A stretch of 64,000 nt of DNA, taken from positions 198,586,001 to 198,650,000 of the forward strand of contig NC_091288.1 of assembly GCF_032444005.1 (NCBI RefSeq), in the 5' to 3' direction. How positions within the stretch are numbered: the stretch's first letter is position 1; each line of letters starts with the position of its first letter. Origin of the DNA: Ranitomeya imitator. Its lineage: Eukaryota. The position numbers and the translations under genes are program-made. The notes below the pieces were generated by a model, which searched no databases, was not told where the DNA came from, and saw only the letters and a program-made list of their open reading frames with translations. This document shows positions 26,129-39,131 of this stretch, piece by piece.

Positions 26129-26241
26129 GTTCTGTAGAAGGACGTAGATCTGGGTATTTATTATGATGGAATATAGGCTGAACTGGATGGACAAATGTCT
26201 TTTTTCGGCCTTACTAACTATGTTACTATGTTACTATGTTA

Positions 26242-29126
26242 CCTCCTCCCCGCAGAGCTGTATGATCAGTGCCACCACCTCCTCCCCGCAGAGCTGTATG
26301 ATCAGTGCCACCTCCTCCTCCCCGCAGAGCTGTATGATCAGAGCCACCACCTCCTCCCCGCAGAGCTGTATGATCAGAGCCACCACCTCCTCCCTGCAGA
26401 GCTGTATGATCAGAGAAATCACCTCCTCCCCGCACAGCTGTATGATCAGTACCACCACCTCCTCCCCGCAGAGCAGTATGATCAGAGCCACCACCTCCTC
26501 CCCGCAGAGCTGTATGATCAGTGCCACCACCTCCTCCCCGCAGAGCTGTATGATCAGTGCCACCTCCTCCTCCCCGCAGAGCTGTATGATCAGAGAAATC
26601 ACCTCCACCCCGCAGAGCTGTATGATCAGTGCCACCACCTCCTCCCCGCAGAGCTGTATCATCAGTGCCACCACCTACTCCTCCCTGCAGAGCTGTATGA
26701 TCAGAGAAATCACCTCCACCCCGCAGAGCTGTATGATCAGTGCCACCACCTTCTCCCCCGCAGAGCTGTATGATCAGAGCCACCACTTCCTCCCCGCAGA
26801 GCTGTATAATCAGTGCCACCACCTCCACACCGCAGAGCTGTATGATCAGAGAAATCACCTCCACCCCGCAGAGCTGTATGATCAGAGCCACCACCCTCTC
26901 CCCGCAGAGCTGTATAATCAGTGCCACCACCTCCTCCCCGCAGAGCTGTATGATCAGTGCCACCACCTCCTCCCCGCAGAGCTGTATGATCAGTGCCACC
27001 ACCTCCTCCCCGCAGAGCTGTATGATCAGTGCCACCTCCTCCTCCCCGCAGAGCTGTATGATCAGAGCCACCTCCTCCTCCCCGCAGAGCTGTATGATCA
27101 GTGCCACCACCTCCTCCCCGCAGAGCTGTATGATCAGTGCCACCACCTCCTCCCCGCAGAGCTGTATGATCAGTGCCACCTCCTCCTCCCCGCAGAGCTG
27201 TATGATCAGAGCCACCACCTCCTCCCCGCAGAGCTGTATGATCAGAGCCACCACCTCCTCCCTGCAGAGCTGTATGATCAGAGCCACCACCTCCTCCCCG
27301 CAGAGCTGTATGATCAGAGCCACCACCTCCTCCCTGCAGAGCTGTATGATCAGAGAAATCACCTCCTCCCCGCAGAGCTGTATGATCAGTGCCACCACCT
27401 CCTCCCCGCAGAGCTGTATGATCAGTGCCACCACCTCCTCCCCGCAGAGCTGTATGATCAGTGCCACCACCTCCTCCCCGCAGAGCTGTATGATCAGTGC
27501 CACCACCTCCTCCCTGCAGAGCTGTATGATCAGAGAAATCACCTCCTCCCCGCACAGCTGTATGATCAGTACCAACACCTCCTCCCTGCAGAGCTGTATG
27601 ATCAGAGAAATCACCTCCTCCCCGCACAGCTGTATGATCAGTACCACCACCTCCTCCCCGCAGAGCTGTATGATCAGTGCCACCACCTCCTCCCCGCAGA
27701 GCTGTATGATCAGAGCCACCACCTCCTCCCCGCAGAGCTGTATGATCAGTGCCACCACCTCCTCCCCGCACAGCTGTATGATCAGTGCCACCACCTCCTC
27801 CCCGCAGAGCTGCATGATCAGAACCACCACCTCCTCCCCGCAGAGCTGTATGATCAGAGCCACCACCTCCTCCCCGCAGAGCTGTATGATCAGTGCCACC
27901 ACCTCCTCCCCGCAGAGCTGTATCATCAGTGCCACCACCTACTCCTCCCTGCAGAGCTGTATGATCAGAGAAATCACCTCCACCCCGCAGAGCTGTATGA
28001 TCAGTGCCACCACCTCCTCCCCGCAGAGCTGTATCATCAGTGCCACCACCTACTCCTCCCTGCAGAGCTGTATGATCAGAGAAATCACCTCCACCCCGCA
28101 GAGCTGTATGATCAGTGCCACCACCTTCTCCCCCGCAGAGCTGTATGATCAGAGCCACCACTTCCTCCCCGCAGAGCTGTATAATCAGTGCCACCACCTC
28201 CACCCCGCAGAGCTGTATGATCAGAGAAATCACCTCCACCCCGCAGAGCTGTATGATCAGAGCCACCACCTCCTCCCCTCAGAGCTGTATGATCAGAGCC
28301 ACCACCCTCTCCCCGCAGAGCTGTATAATCAGTGCCACCACCTCCTCCCCGCAGAGCTGTATGATCAGTGCCACCACCTCCTCCCCGCAGAGCTGTATGA
28401 TCAGTGCCACCACCTCCTCCCCGCAGAGCTGTATGATCAGTGCCACCTCCTTCTCCCCGCAGAGCTGTATGATCAGAGAAATCACCTCCACCCCGCAGAG
28501 CTGTATGATCAGTGCCACCACCTCCTCCCCGCAGAGCTGTATGATCAGTGCCACCACCTCCTCCCCGCAGAGCTGTATGATCAGTGCCACCTCCTCCTCC
28601 CCGCAGAGCTGTATGATCAGAGCCACCACCTCCTCCCCGCAGAGCTGTATGATCAGAGCCACCACCTCCTCCCTGCAGAGCTGTATGATCAGAGAAATCA
28701 CCTCCTCCCCGCACAGCTGTATGATCAGTACCACCACCTCCTCCCCGCAGAGCAGTATGATCAGAGCCACCACCTCCTCCCCGCAGAGCTGTATGATCAG
28801 TGCCACCACCTCCTCCCCGCAGAGCTGTATGATCAGTGCCACCTCCTCCTCCCCGCAGAGCTGTATGATCAGAGAAATCACCTCCACCCCGCAGAGCTGT
28901 ATGATCAGTGCCACCACCTCCTCCCCGCAGAGCTGTATCATCAGTGCCACCACCTACTCCTCCCTGCAGAGCTGTATGATCAGAGAAATCACCTCCACCC
29001 CGCAGAGCTGTATGATCAGTGCCACCACCTTCTCCCCCGCAGAGCTGTATGATCAGAGCCACCACTTCCTCCCCGCAGAGCTGTATAATCAGTGCCACCA
29101 CCTCCTCCCCGCAGAGCTGTATGATC
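26242..29126 (+). repeat. 36-bp H1-HDE minisatellite, block after the CR1 (~80 units)
   Basis: Same unit; ends at ...GAGCTGTATGATC|GGTTTTCCTAC. Confidence 0.96.
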
Positions 29127-29298
29127 GGTTTTCCTACTTGTAATGTTTTTAATATAACTGATGCTGGGCGCAGTCTCAGGATGGGGGGGTTGGTGTGATC
29201 TGACGATAATGTGGGAGCTGCACTGTACAGCGCTATACACGGGGACATTTCAACGCAGATACATCAGCTGCTCCAGCAGCGGCAAATGAGTGATCTGA

Positions 29299-29946
<648 letters not shown>

Positions 29947-29975
29947 ATCTGCCCCGGCTGCGACCACAACACAAA

Positions 29976-29991
29976 GGCTCTTTTCAGAGCC
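29976..29991 (+). terminator. H3 3' stem-loop
   Basis: GGCTCTTTTCAGAGCC followed by ACCA. Confidence 0.95.
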
Positions 29992-31572
29992 ACCAAATCC
30001 TCCCACAAATGAGCCGAGTCCTGAACGGTCTCTCTTCTGCGCGTATTCTCCATATACGGAGCGCGGTCAGGAAAGGTAATAGCCGGCTGCTGTGTCCGAT
30101 ATTGTAGGTGATCAGCGATATTCCAGTTACCGCTCCGCGCATCCTTTATTCTCACCAAGTCCAAAAGTGCGACATCAATTACATGACTGACGTTTTATAA
30201 GGACAGGGTAAAGTGTGCGCTGTGCACAGCCCGGGTCTTTGGTGGTGGAGGCGCGGTTTCTGTACAGCGCAGACGTAAATGGGGTCCTAGTGCCGCCTCT
30301 GCAGTCTTGCGGCTTTAGGTTGTAATTATCATATATTTGAGTTTTCTCATCTTATCTGTGGCTGGTGCCGCCGGGGGTCTGGTTACATACAGCTCCCTGC
30401 TCTGCAGTGACCGGTAATGGCCACCAGTCGGGCACCACGTGTAATGATGAGTGACTGCCGGGGATCAGATGAGTTATCTGTAGATCAGTGTCCTTAAAAT
30501 GTATTTTTTATTCTACTTTATAACAAGCTGGAAAATAACAACCGAAACTACAATGGAAGTAAAAATCAAAATAACCAACAGATCTAAGCGACGCTGAGAT
30601 GAGAAGAATAGAGAAGCGGGAAAAGAAGAGCACAATAAGTGGAAAATTCAAAATCTCCAACCGTTCTGTGCTCAACCAATCAGACGAAAGGGAGGAGCTA
30701 GGAGCTAATTGCAAAATTTCTACTAGCAATCTCCCCCGGATACGCGTCGGAACAGGTGAATATGCATGGCTCACCCTCCCCCGTCATACTCACCCTCCTG
30801 GCAGCGTCTCTGCAAGTCCCTGCTTCTCCGATGGTCTCTGGTGCCGGCAACTTGTTCCTGTGTTCGTCATGGTACCGCTCATTAAAGTAATGAATATGCG
30901 CTCCACGCCTGTGGGAGTGGAGCCACGTATGTATTCATTACTTTGTTTAGTGGTCACGTGGTACCACTCATTACAGGAAGAGATGCAGGCGCCAGAGACT
31001 ATCTGAGAAGCAGAGACCGCGCCAGTATGAGGTGAGTATGATGTGCCAGCCGCCGACCCCCTGGTACAATGACTCCAGTATAAGACGAGAGGGGCACTTT
31101 CAGCCTAAAAAAAATGGCTGCAAATCTCAGATTATACTCGAATGTATAAGGTAAATGCCTCTGGCACTATAGAGGGCGATGTAGTAAGGATTATTTTTCA
31201 GTTACACTGGTGTTTAACCCTCTTGCTGCCTGTACAGTTTTTACATTAAAGCAATGAATTAAAAAAAACACCAACAAACTAATTTGTACTTTACAATTAT
31301 GAGCAGGTTCCTGTAATTTTGCATTAAAACATGATATTTTATATAAAAACAAATGCATAAAAATGTCTTTCTGGGTTGTAATTGGTACATGAGGTAACGG
31401 CATAAATGAAGTACCATCATCTGGTGATTAAATGATGGGAAATCTCTTCTAATTTCACTTGCTTCTTTCGTCCTTCCAAATCTCCATTTATGGAAGTTCT
31501 TCATCAGAAAATGAACAAATGTCTATCATTGCATTACGCTGAGGTTGGGACGCTCTGGGGGTATCACATCCA

Positions 31573-32087
31573 CAGGAAGGATATAATGGAACTAGAGAGA
31601 GTACAAAGGAGGCCAACAAAATTAATAAAGGGAATGGGAGAACTACAATACCCAGATAGGTTAGCGAAATTAGGATTATTTAGTCTAGAAAAAAGACGGG
31701 GCGATCTAATAACCATGTATAAGTATATAAGGGGACAATACAAATATCTCGCTGAGGATCTGTTTATACCAAGGAAGGTGACGGGCACAAGGGGGCATTC
31801 TTTGCGTCTGGAAGAGAGAAGGTTTTTCCACCAACATAGAAGAGGATTCTTTACTGTTAGGGCAGTGAGAATCTGGAATTGCTTGCCTGAGGAGGTGGTG
31901 ATGGCGAACTCAGTCGAGGGGTTCAAGAGAGGCCTGGATGTCTTCCTGGAGCAGAACAATATTGTATCATACAATTATTAGGTTCTGTAGAAGGACGTAG
32001 ATCTGGGGATTTATTATGATGGAATATAGGCTGAACTGGAAGGACAAATGTATTTTTTCGGCCTTACTAACTATGTTACTATGTTAC
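31573..32087 (+). mobile_element. 5'-truncated CR1 (3' ~0.5 kb)
   Basis: Near-identical to 25715-26241 (RKDIMELERVQRR...NNIVSYNY, CTATGTTA tail). Confidence 0.95.
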
Positions 32088-32402
32088 ATTGTATAGGGGA
32101 TAACTGTGGGTGCATCAAAGTGTGTGTGTGTGGGGGACTTAGGGCATCATACTGTTTGGGGAGTTACTGGGGGTATTGTACCCCCACACAGTAACTGTGG
32201 GGACATCCTGCTGTGTGGGTATCTTACTGTGTAGGAGGCATCATACTGTGTGGAGGGTAACTGGGGGCATCATCTGTTGTGGAAGATATGATCCACCATG
32301 ATCTGGAACAGTAATGACAATATTTAGGATACCCTCAATCATAAGGGAAGGAAATTACACATAATAGAAGCTGGAAAGATAATTGCAGAAACTGAGCAAT
32401 GA

Positions 32403-32545
32403 GCGGGAAAATCAAACTTCCCTACAGTTTAGTATTTAGCCAATCAGCAGAGAAAGGGAGGAGCTAATGTAGATTCTGTAAGCCCCGTCCCGGAAGTGCG
32501 TCATCTCTGCAGTTCTCTCTCTGGTCCATTCTCCCTCCATATAAA
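32403..32545 (+). promoter_or_regulatory. Histone H4 promoter, copy A
   Basis: GCGGGAAAATCAAA E2F/CHR-like element, CCAAT 32439-32443, GGTCC H4 element and TATAAA 32540-32545. Confidence 0.7.
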
Positions 32546-32587
32546 GGTGCAGTCCCTGAGGCTCAGGAATCAGTTTTTGCTCATTAA

Positions 32588-32908
<321 letters not shown>

Positions 32909-32938
32909 TTGTGTTCTCTTCTGTCTTCACAACCCAAA

Positions 32939-32954
32939 GGCTCTTTTCAGAGCC
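32939..32954 (+). terminator. H4 3' stem-loop
   Basis: GGCTCTTTTCAGAGCC followed by ACCCA. Confidence 0.95.
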
Positions 32955-34563
32955 ACCCACATCTTCTAAGTGAGAGGCTGCACCTGACTGCTAGGATCTC
33001 ATTTCTCTGCTGTGGTGATGTCGCTGTAATGTTAGTAGAACACTCATCGGTGCCGAATTTACGCTCCGAATACTGAATAGTCGAAAACTACCATCGGCCA
33101 AATAATTGTGGGGAATGGTAATTCTGACCCTGATCCGCAGTTCGGTAACGTCCTCTGATGCCGTTTTTGGGCGGATGGTTCTGTCGCTGCTTTTGGTTGT
33201 GAGACCTATTTGCAAATCCTGTTTTGTACCCGACGGATTCCGTGTGTGTATGATCTGGGAGTAGGGTCTCTTTAACCATATTCCCACACATTCAGTTTCC
33301 GAAGGATATCCTGACGTGGAAAGGCTTATTGGAAGCAGATCTCTCTACAGCTCTAATCAGGGGGTGTTCCGGGCGGTTTCCAAATGTAGGTTAATATTCT
33401 GTCTAGACATTTAAGATCCTGTTCTTATTGGGCGCTGATTGATTAGTATCCGGCTCAGCGTCTCTGCAGGGCAAAATATCCCCTGTGCGGCTGCCTGTAG
33501 TACCGGCCTCAGCCTGGGACGTGCTAGTTGTATGCTCCCGGGTCCTGACATACTGGGGCCGTGTCTGCTCCCCCGTCTTTCACCGCGGACTTCGGGTGAT
33601 GCGGTTTCTTCTCATTGACCTACAAAGATAACATGGATTCATGGGGGATATATATCCGCACTGGGCCGCAGTGATAATTTCCTGATCAGATCCGTGTACA
33701 GGGAATGTGGCTGTAAGAGGCAGCTGGATAGATGGACGTCCTGTGTACCGGGTACGGAGGCTCCTGTGTGATGACCAAGTCCTGGACACTAATGTGTCGG
33801 ATGGATGTCGCCTCTGAAGACTATTATAACCTCCTCAGAATAATAATGGCGACTGATCCCCGTGTTTGGGGGCAGACAGTTGGGAGGACAGGACCCGGTA
33901 TTATCAACGGGGTAGAGCTGCTCCCACCGGTATACACAGCGATCGCCGCTCCAGCAGAGGGGCCGGTAATAATCCGACGGACAAAGAAAAGCGATTGAGC
34001 GGGAAATTCAAAACCAGCAACGGATCTGTAATCAGCCAATGAGCGAGAGACATCCACAGGCGCCGACCAATCCCAGATACAGGAACATCCGCCCCCATTA
34101 ACTCCTTAGTGTCCGTGTGTGCTGACCCCCACTACTCACTCGCTTTATAGAAGCGGCGACTTCCCCCACCCGAGACCCGGCAGCGTCACATCAGGCTCCG
34201 GGCAGAACATAGGAGACTTGTCTCAGTCAGGCTGTGATAGGATCAGCGCGGACACCACAGGGGATCTGCACAGGATAATACGCGGGTGAGTGAGGAGCCG
34301 CCTCCTGTGCAGATGGAGCGGAGGAGAAACACTGACAGGGATTAACCCCTCACCCGCCAGACTGTCAGTGCAAATTGAGTGTCGCTCGCAGAACTCAGCC
34401 TCGGAATAATCTGCAGATAGCTGGAAATTAGCCCTTATTGAAGGAGGACTTTGTGCAGTGATTGGGACAGATAATGGCCGTTTCCTCGTAGATCCAGGAA
34501 GCGGCTAGTCTGCTGTGCCAGGACTGTAAACTCCGCTCCTCCACATCTGTCCACACACTCAAA

Positions 34564-34579
34564 GGCTCTTCTAAGAGCC
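34564..34579 (+). terminator. Orphan histone stem-loop with no intact gene upstream
   Basis: AAA-GGCTCTTCTAAGAGCC-CCCACA, followed by an AAGAGCC HDE-like motif at the usual distance. Confidence 0.8.
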
Positions 34580-35268
34580 CCCACATCCTCCTCCTAAGAG
34601 CCGCACCGCTGATCACACTGATGGTTCACACTGCACCAGGCGGTATATAGAGGTCACTATACACGATCCGTGCTCCACTGTACTGCGGTCACCACAGAGC
34701 AGAGATTCGTGGCTGAAGTGACTGATCCGGCTTCATGTTACTGAGATCACACACAGGAGGGATAAGTGCAGTTTATACAGGGGACACAGCTCCTGAGGGA
34801 AGCCGGCTCTTCCTAGAAAACTGGGTGCGGCTACTACCGAAACATCTCACTGAATTCACAGGGTTTGCAGTCCTGGCACAGCTGACTAGCTGGGGTTTCC
34901 AGCACCATCTGGAGATATTACTGCACTATACGGAGTGTAACATGTCGGGCGCTGTACTGTAACTGCCTGCATAATGTGGCACAGTCATTTGTCAGTAGGT
35001 TGCAGTATATGGGGGTACTCTGCACTATTCAGATGAATAACAGCACTATGAAGGGTAAATAGAACATGAACACATACAGCGCTATATGAGGGTGCACTGC
35101 GGTATATGGAGCTTCACAGCACTATTTAGATGTATAGAGCATTATACAGGGTTTTACATCGCTATACAGCATCCCCGCTGCAAAGATGAAGCAATGATTT
35201 GGGAAACCACCAATCAGCTGCAGTGGGCGGAGCGTCTAACGTTCTCGTTGGTCACATGACTTCATCAC

Positions 35269-35322
35269 CCAATAGAACGGCGGTCTGACAGCAGTGCTCA
35301 TCTGCATGGCCGGGCTATAAAT
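35269..35322 (+). promoter_or_regulatory. Histone H2B promoter
   Basis: CCAAT 35269-35273, variant octamer ATCTGCAT 35300-35307 (consensus ATTTGCAT) and TATAAAT 35316-35322. Confidence 0.7.
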
Positions 35323-35371
35323 TCCGCCGCTCTTGGAGGCGCAGGATCATTATTCTTCTCACTTGTGCTGA

Positions 35372-35770
<399 letters not shown>

Positions 35771-35800
35771 NNNNNTCCGTGCTCCGCTCCTCACCCCAAA

Positions 35801-35872
35801 GGCTCTTCTAAGAGCCACCCACACCCTCCCTATAAGAGCCACCTACACCCTCACTATAAGAGCCACCCACAC
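35801..35872 (+). terminator. H2B stem-loop followed by a 24-bp triplication of its 3' arm
   Basis: GGCTCTTCTAAGAGCC 35801-35816; AAGAGCCACC(C/T)ACAC at 35810, 35834 and 35858. Confidence 0.9.
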
Positions 35873-36868
35873 TGCTCCGGTGTCCTCTCCCGTCTCCCCG
35901 AGGTGTCTGCTCGCTCCGCCCGGGGCTCTGCGCCTGGTGACGAGGGAGATGGTGAGGAAATCTCAGGAATAATCTGGGCATTGCTCAGCGAGTTGATCTG
36001 TATTCAGGGACTTCTTATTTAACTCCTTGCTGCACAGATCTCGGCATTCTGGGGTCTCGTTTATTAGTTCATTACTCTCGTTTCTCAGGTAACAGGAGCC
36101 ATTTGTGGTGGAGTTGATCTAGAGCCTAATCTGGATTCTTTTTACAGTGTAAGTGACGTCATTACATTTAGAAGCGGCGGGAAATTCAAACCCCCAACCG
36201 TCCTGTGTTCAGCCAATCAGCAGAGGGAGGAGCTAATGTTTCCAATGGTAACACGTTTACGGTTCCCGCTTTTTTCCGTCTTTTGTCTTCATATAACACG
36301 TGGTCCCAGGACCGATATCGGGAAATCTGCTTGTGTTGAGCGATCATTGGTCTCTTACATCCCACACAGGAATCTGCAGATTTCCAGGTTAGCGGCGCTG
36401 TATCCGCTCCGGTTTCCTCTCATGGATATAGAGAATGATTCGTGTTCTCCACATGCTGTGATGTTCCCGTGTGTCTGACCTGGAGACGATCAGATCGTCC
36501 CTTTCCCGTCACAATCCGTATTATGGAGACGATATACTGGTCAGGGACATATCCTACAAGAGACATTTCAGGGAAGACCAATTCTGCCCTTCCCAGCAGA
36601 TCCCACCATGTCTCCCCATTACAGATCAGTCCTACGGCTGCAGGCAGGAGGTCTGTGATGGGAAATGTAGGATCATGTGTAGAAGATTGCGGAGTGTCCC
36701 TGCTCAGAACATTACCCTGTGGTGTCAGGATCTCACAGGTCAGGCAGTTACATTATCGGCCGTCACATCCTCCTCACAGGATCCCTGCTCAGTTACTGAT
36801 CGTCCTTCTGTTCTATCACTTTTCCTCCCCCGCTTCATCTAGTGTCAGGACTGGCGGCTCTCGGGCAA

Positions 36869-37795
36869 TATTATTATTTATTATTATAGCGCCATTTATT
36901 CCATGGCGCTTTACATGTGAGGAGGGGTATACATAATAACAGGTACAATGATCTTGAACAATACAAGTCATAACTGGTACAGGAGGAGAGAGGACCCTGC
37001 CCACGAGGGCTCGCAATCTACAATGGATGGATGAGGATACAGTAGGTGAAGGTAGAGCTGGTCGATCAGTGGTGGTTACTGCAGGTTGTAGGCTTGTCGG
37101 AAGAGGTGGGTCTTTAGGCTCTTTTTGAAGGTTTCCATGGTAGGTGAGAGTCTGATGTGTTGTGGTAGAGGGTTCCAGAGTAGGGGTGATGCGCAAGAGA
37201 AATCTTGTATGCGATTGTGGGAAGAGGAGATAAGAGGGGAGTAGAGAAGGAGATCTTGTGAGGATCGGAGGTTGCAGGAAAGTACCGGGAGAGGAGGTCA
37301 CAGATGTATAAAGGAGACATTTTGTGGATGGCTTTGTATGTCATGGTTAGGCTTTTGTACTGGAGTCTCTGGGTAATGGGGAGCCAGTGAAGGGATTGAC
37401 AGAGGGGAGAGGCCGGGGAATAGCGGGGGACAGGTTGGTTAGTCGGGCAGGAGAGTTTAGAATAGATAGGAGGGGTGCGAGAGTGTTAGAGGGGAGGCCA
37501 CAGAGCAGGAGGTTACAGTAGTCCAGGCGGGAGATGATGAGGGCATAGACTAGGGTTTTTGCAGATTCTTGGTTTAGAAATCTACAGATCCTTGAAATAT
37601 TTTGAGTTGAAGGCGGCAGGAAGTGGAAAGGGCTTGGATATGAGGTTTGAAGGAGAGATGAGTGTCAAGGATTACCCCGAGGCAGCGAACTTGGACTGAG
37701 GAGAGTGGGCAGCCGTTTCCTGTAATGGATAGGTTCGTTGGGGGGTTGCGTGTGATGTGGGAAAGACAATGAATTCTGTTTTGCCCACATGTAGA
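36869..37795 (-). mobile_element. 5'-truncated, frameshifted L2-clade LINE
   Basis: Minus strand encodes LIISRLDYCN, LHWLPI, LRSSQDLLL, LLWNPLP and FKKSLKTHLFRQAY across frames; 3' hairpin GCGCCAT-GGAATAA-ATGGCGC (36889-36909) and (TAA)n tail; 5' limit approximate. Confidence 0.85.
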
Positions 37796-38499
37796 AGTTC
37801 CGAGAATGTGGAGGGGAACAACGAATCATGGGAGAAATATCCCAATACAATTGCAGGATAGGATCCTCTAGCACTAGATGTAATAATGTAAAACGAATGC
37901 CATAGATCTCATAGGGTTAATATGACGTGAGATAAAACCACTGCAGTGCAGAGAGATCCGATCACAAGTCTGACTGTAAGATGCCCCAAGTACTGGTGAC
38001 TCCCATCACAGCACAAATGCGGTTTCTTCTTATTGATATATAAAATAAATAGAACCCGGATTTACAGGGAAATGGGCTGTACAGTAATATTCTCCTGATC
38101 AGATCCGTGTGGGGTGAATAGGGCAGCGAATATTCACAGGGAATGTGGCTGTCTGAGGCAGCTGGATAGATGGACGCCCTGTGTACCGGGTACGGAGACT
38201 CCTATGTGATGACCACGTCCCGGACACTAATGTTTCGGATGGATGGCGCCTATGAAGGTTATTATAACCTCCCCAGAGTAATAATGGCGACCGATCCCCG
38301 CCCGTGTTTGGGGGCATGAACAAGGATAATGGTGTGCACTCAGGTCAAGGACACGGAGGTGCTGGTAAAACAGACCGTGTGGTCAAGTTAATAGTAGAAG
38401 AAAAAATACCGCACACTCGAAACTGGTATGATGCAAAAGGTATATGCCAGATTTATTCACGAAAACAAGTCAACAATTGCCACTGTGATAATTCGTAGA

Positions 38500-38548
38500 T
38501 AGAAACCCGACGTTTCGACCCTCCCGGGTCTTATTCATGGGGTTACTA
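38500..38548 (-). ncRNA. Candidate minimal type I hammerhead ribozyme (variant core)
   Basis: Minus strand UAGUAACCCC-AUGAAUA-A-GACCC(GGGA)GGGUC-GAAAC-GUC^GGGUUUCUA gives stem I, stem II, GAAA, loopless stem III and a GUC site. Confidence 0.55.
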
Positions 38549-38675
38549 GGAAAGCAAATAAACAGTATAAGTAACTGTATGTGACATAACATTATATGTA
38601 ATAGAAAACGAATAAGAACAAAAAAGACAAAATAATAAACATACACCAAAATATAAAATATAATATGTACAATAT

Positions 38676-39131
38676 TTACAAGGCAACCAGAGGCGATGAA
38701 GGGAATACTGTCCGGAGCAGCGAAAAGTAAGAGTCTGTGGATGCCAATGTAGAAGATAGTTGTGTTTCAATTGCTCTAATACTGTCCTTTGTTTCCGTAA
38801 TAGCCTTTTGTAGAAATTCAATGGTCAGAATAATGATGTCTAAAGAACATTTATTTAGTATTCTCTTGTATTTGTCACAGTAATCGGGATCTTCAGAAAA
38901 AAGTGTTGGGCGCAGGTTGCACCTAAGACCTCTCGGGATCTTGCCCTGTTTATGATGTTCTGCCAAAGTTATGCAGTGTAAATCATATGAGATTAATTTT
39001 CGTCGCTCCTTCTCGTAGTCCCTCGTCCTCAACTCATGGGGAGGGGTTTTCAAGAATTCACTTGAGTTTGAAACTTGCGATAAGATGCTGGAACTGGTTG
39101 CGTCGTCGTATGCGAAGATGTCAGACGTCAT
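38676..39131 (-). pseudogene. Truncated N-terminal part of a Penelope-like ORF
   Basis: MTSDIFAYDD...KQGKIPRGLRCNLRPTLF...KRILNKCSLDIIILTIE; no RT or GIY-YIG domain follows. Confidence 0.6.

Larger units (their letters stand above)
21883..26241 (+). mobile_element. Near full-length CR1-clade LINE inserted in the minisatellite
   Basis: 5' UTR monomers, esterase ORF1, APE+RT ORF2, short 3' UTR ending in (CTATGTTA)3 at 26218-26241; the array resumes in phase with only ACC microhomology and no long TSD. Confidence 0.95.

Noticed and set aside
1075-29126. CRISPR array (36-bp period)
   Set aside because: No unique spacers, no cas genes, and the context is eukaryotic.
30000-31500. Short spacer ORFs of 60-160 aa (also 33-35 kb, 36-38 kb, 56.2-57.4 kb)
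   Set aside because: No recognisable domains; they repeat only because the spacers are duplicated. No tRNA, rRNA or snRNA gene was recognised anywhere in the window.
34428-34616. Minus-strand IYEET motif resembling H4 LIYEETR
   Set aside because: Only five residues match, flanks do not, and it is opposite to the stem-loop orientation.
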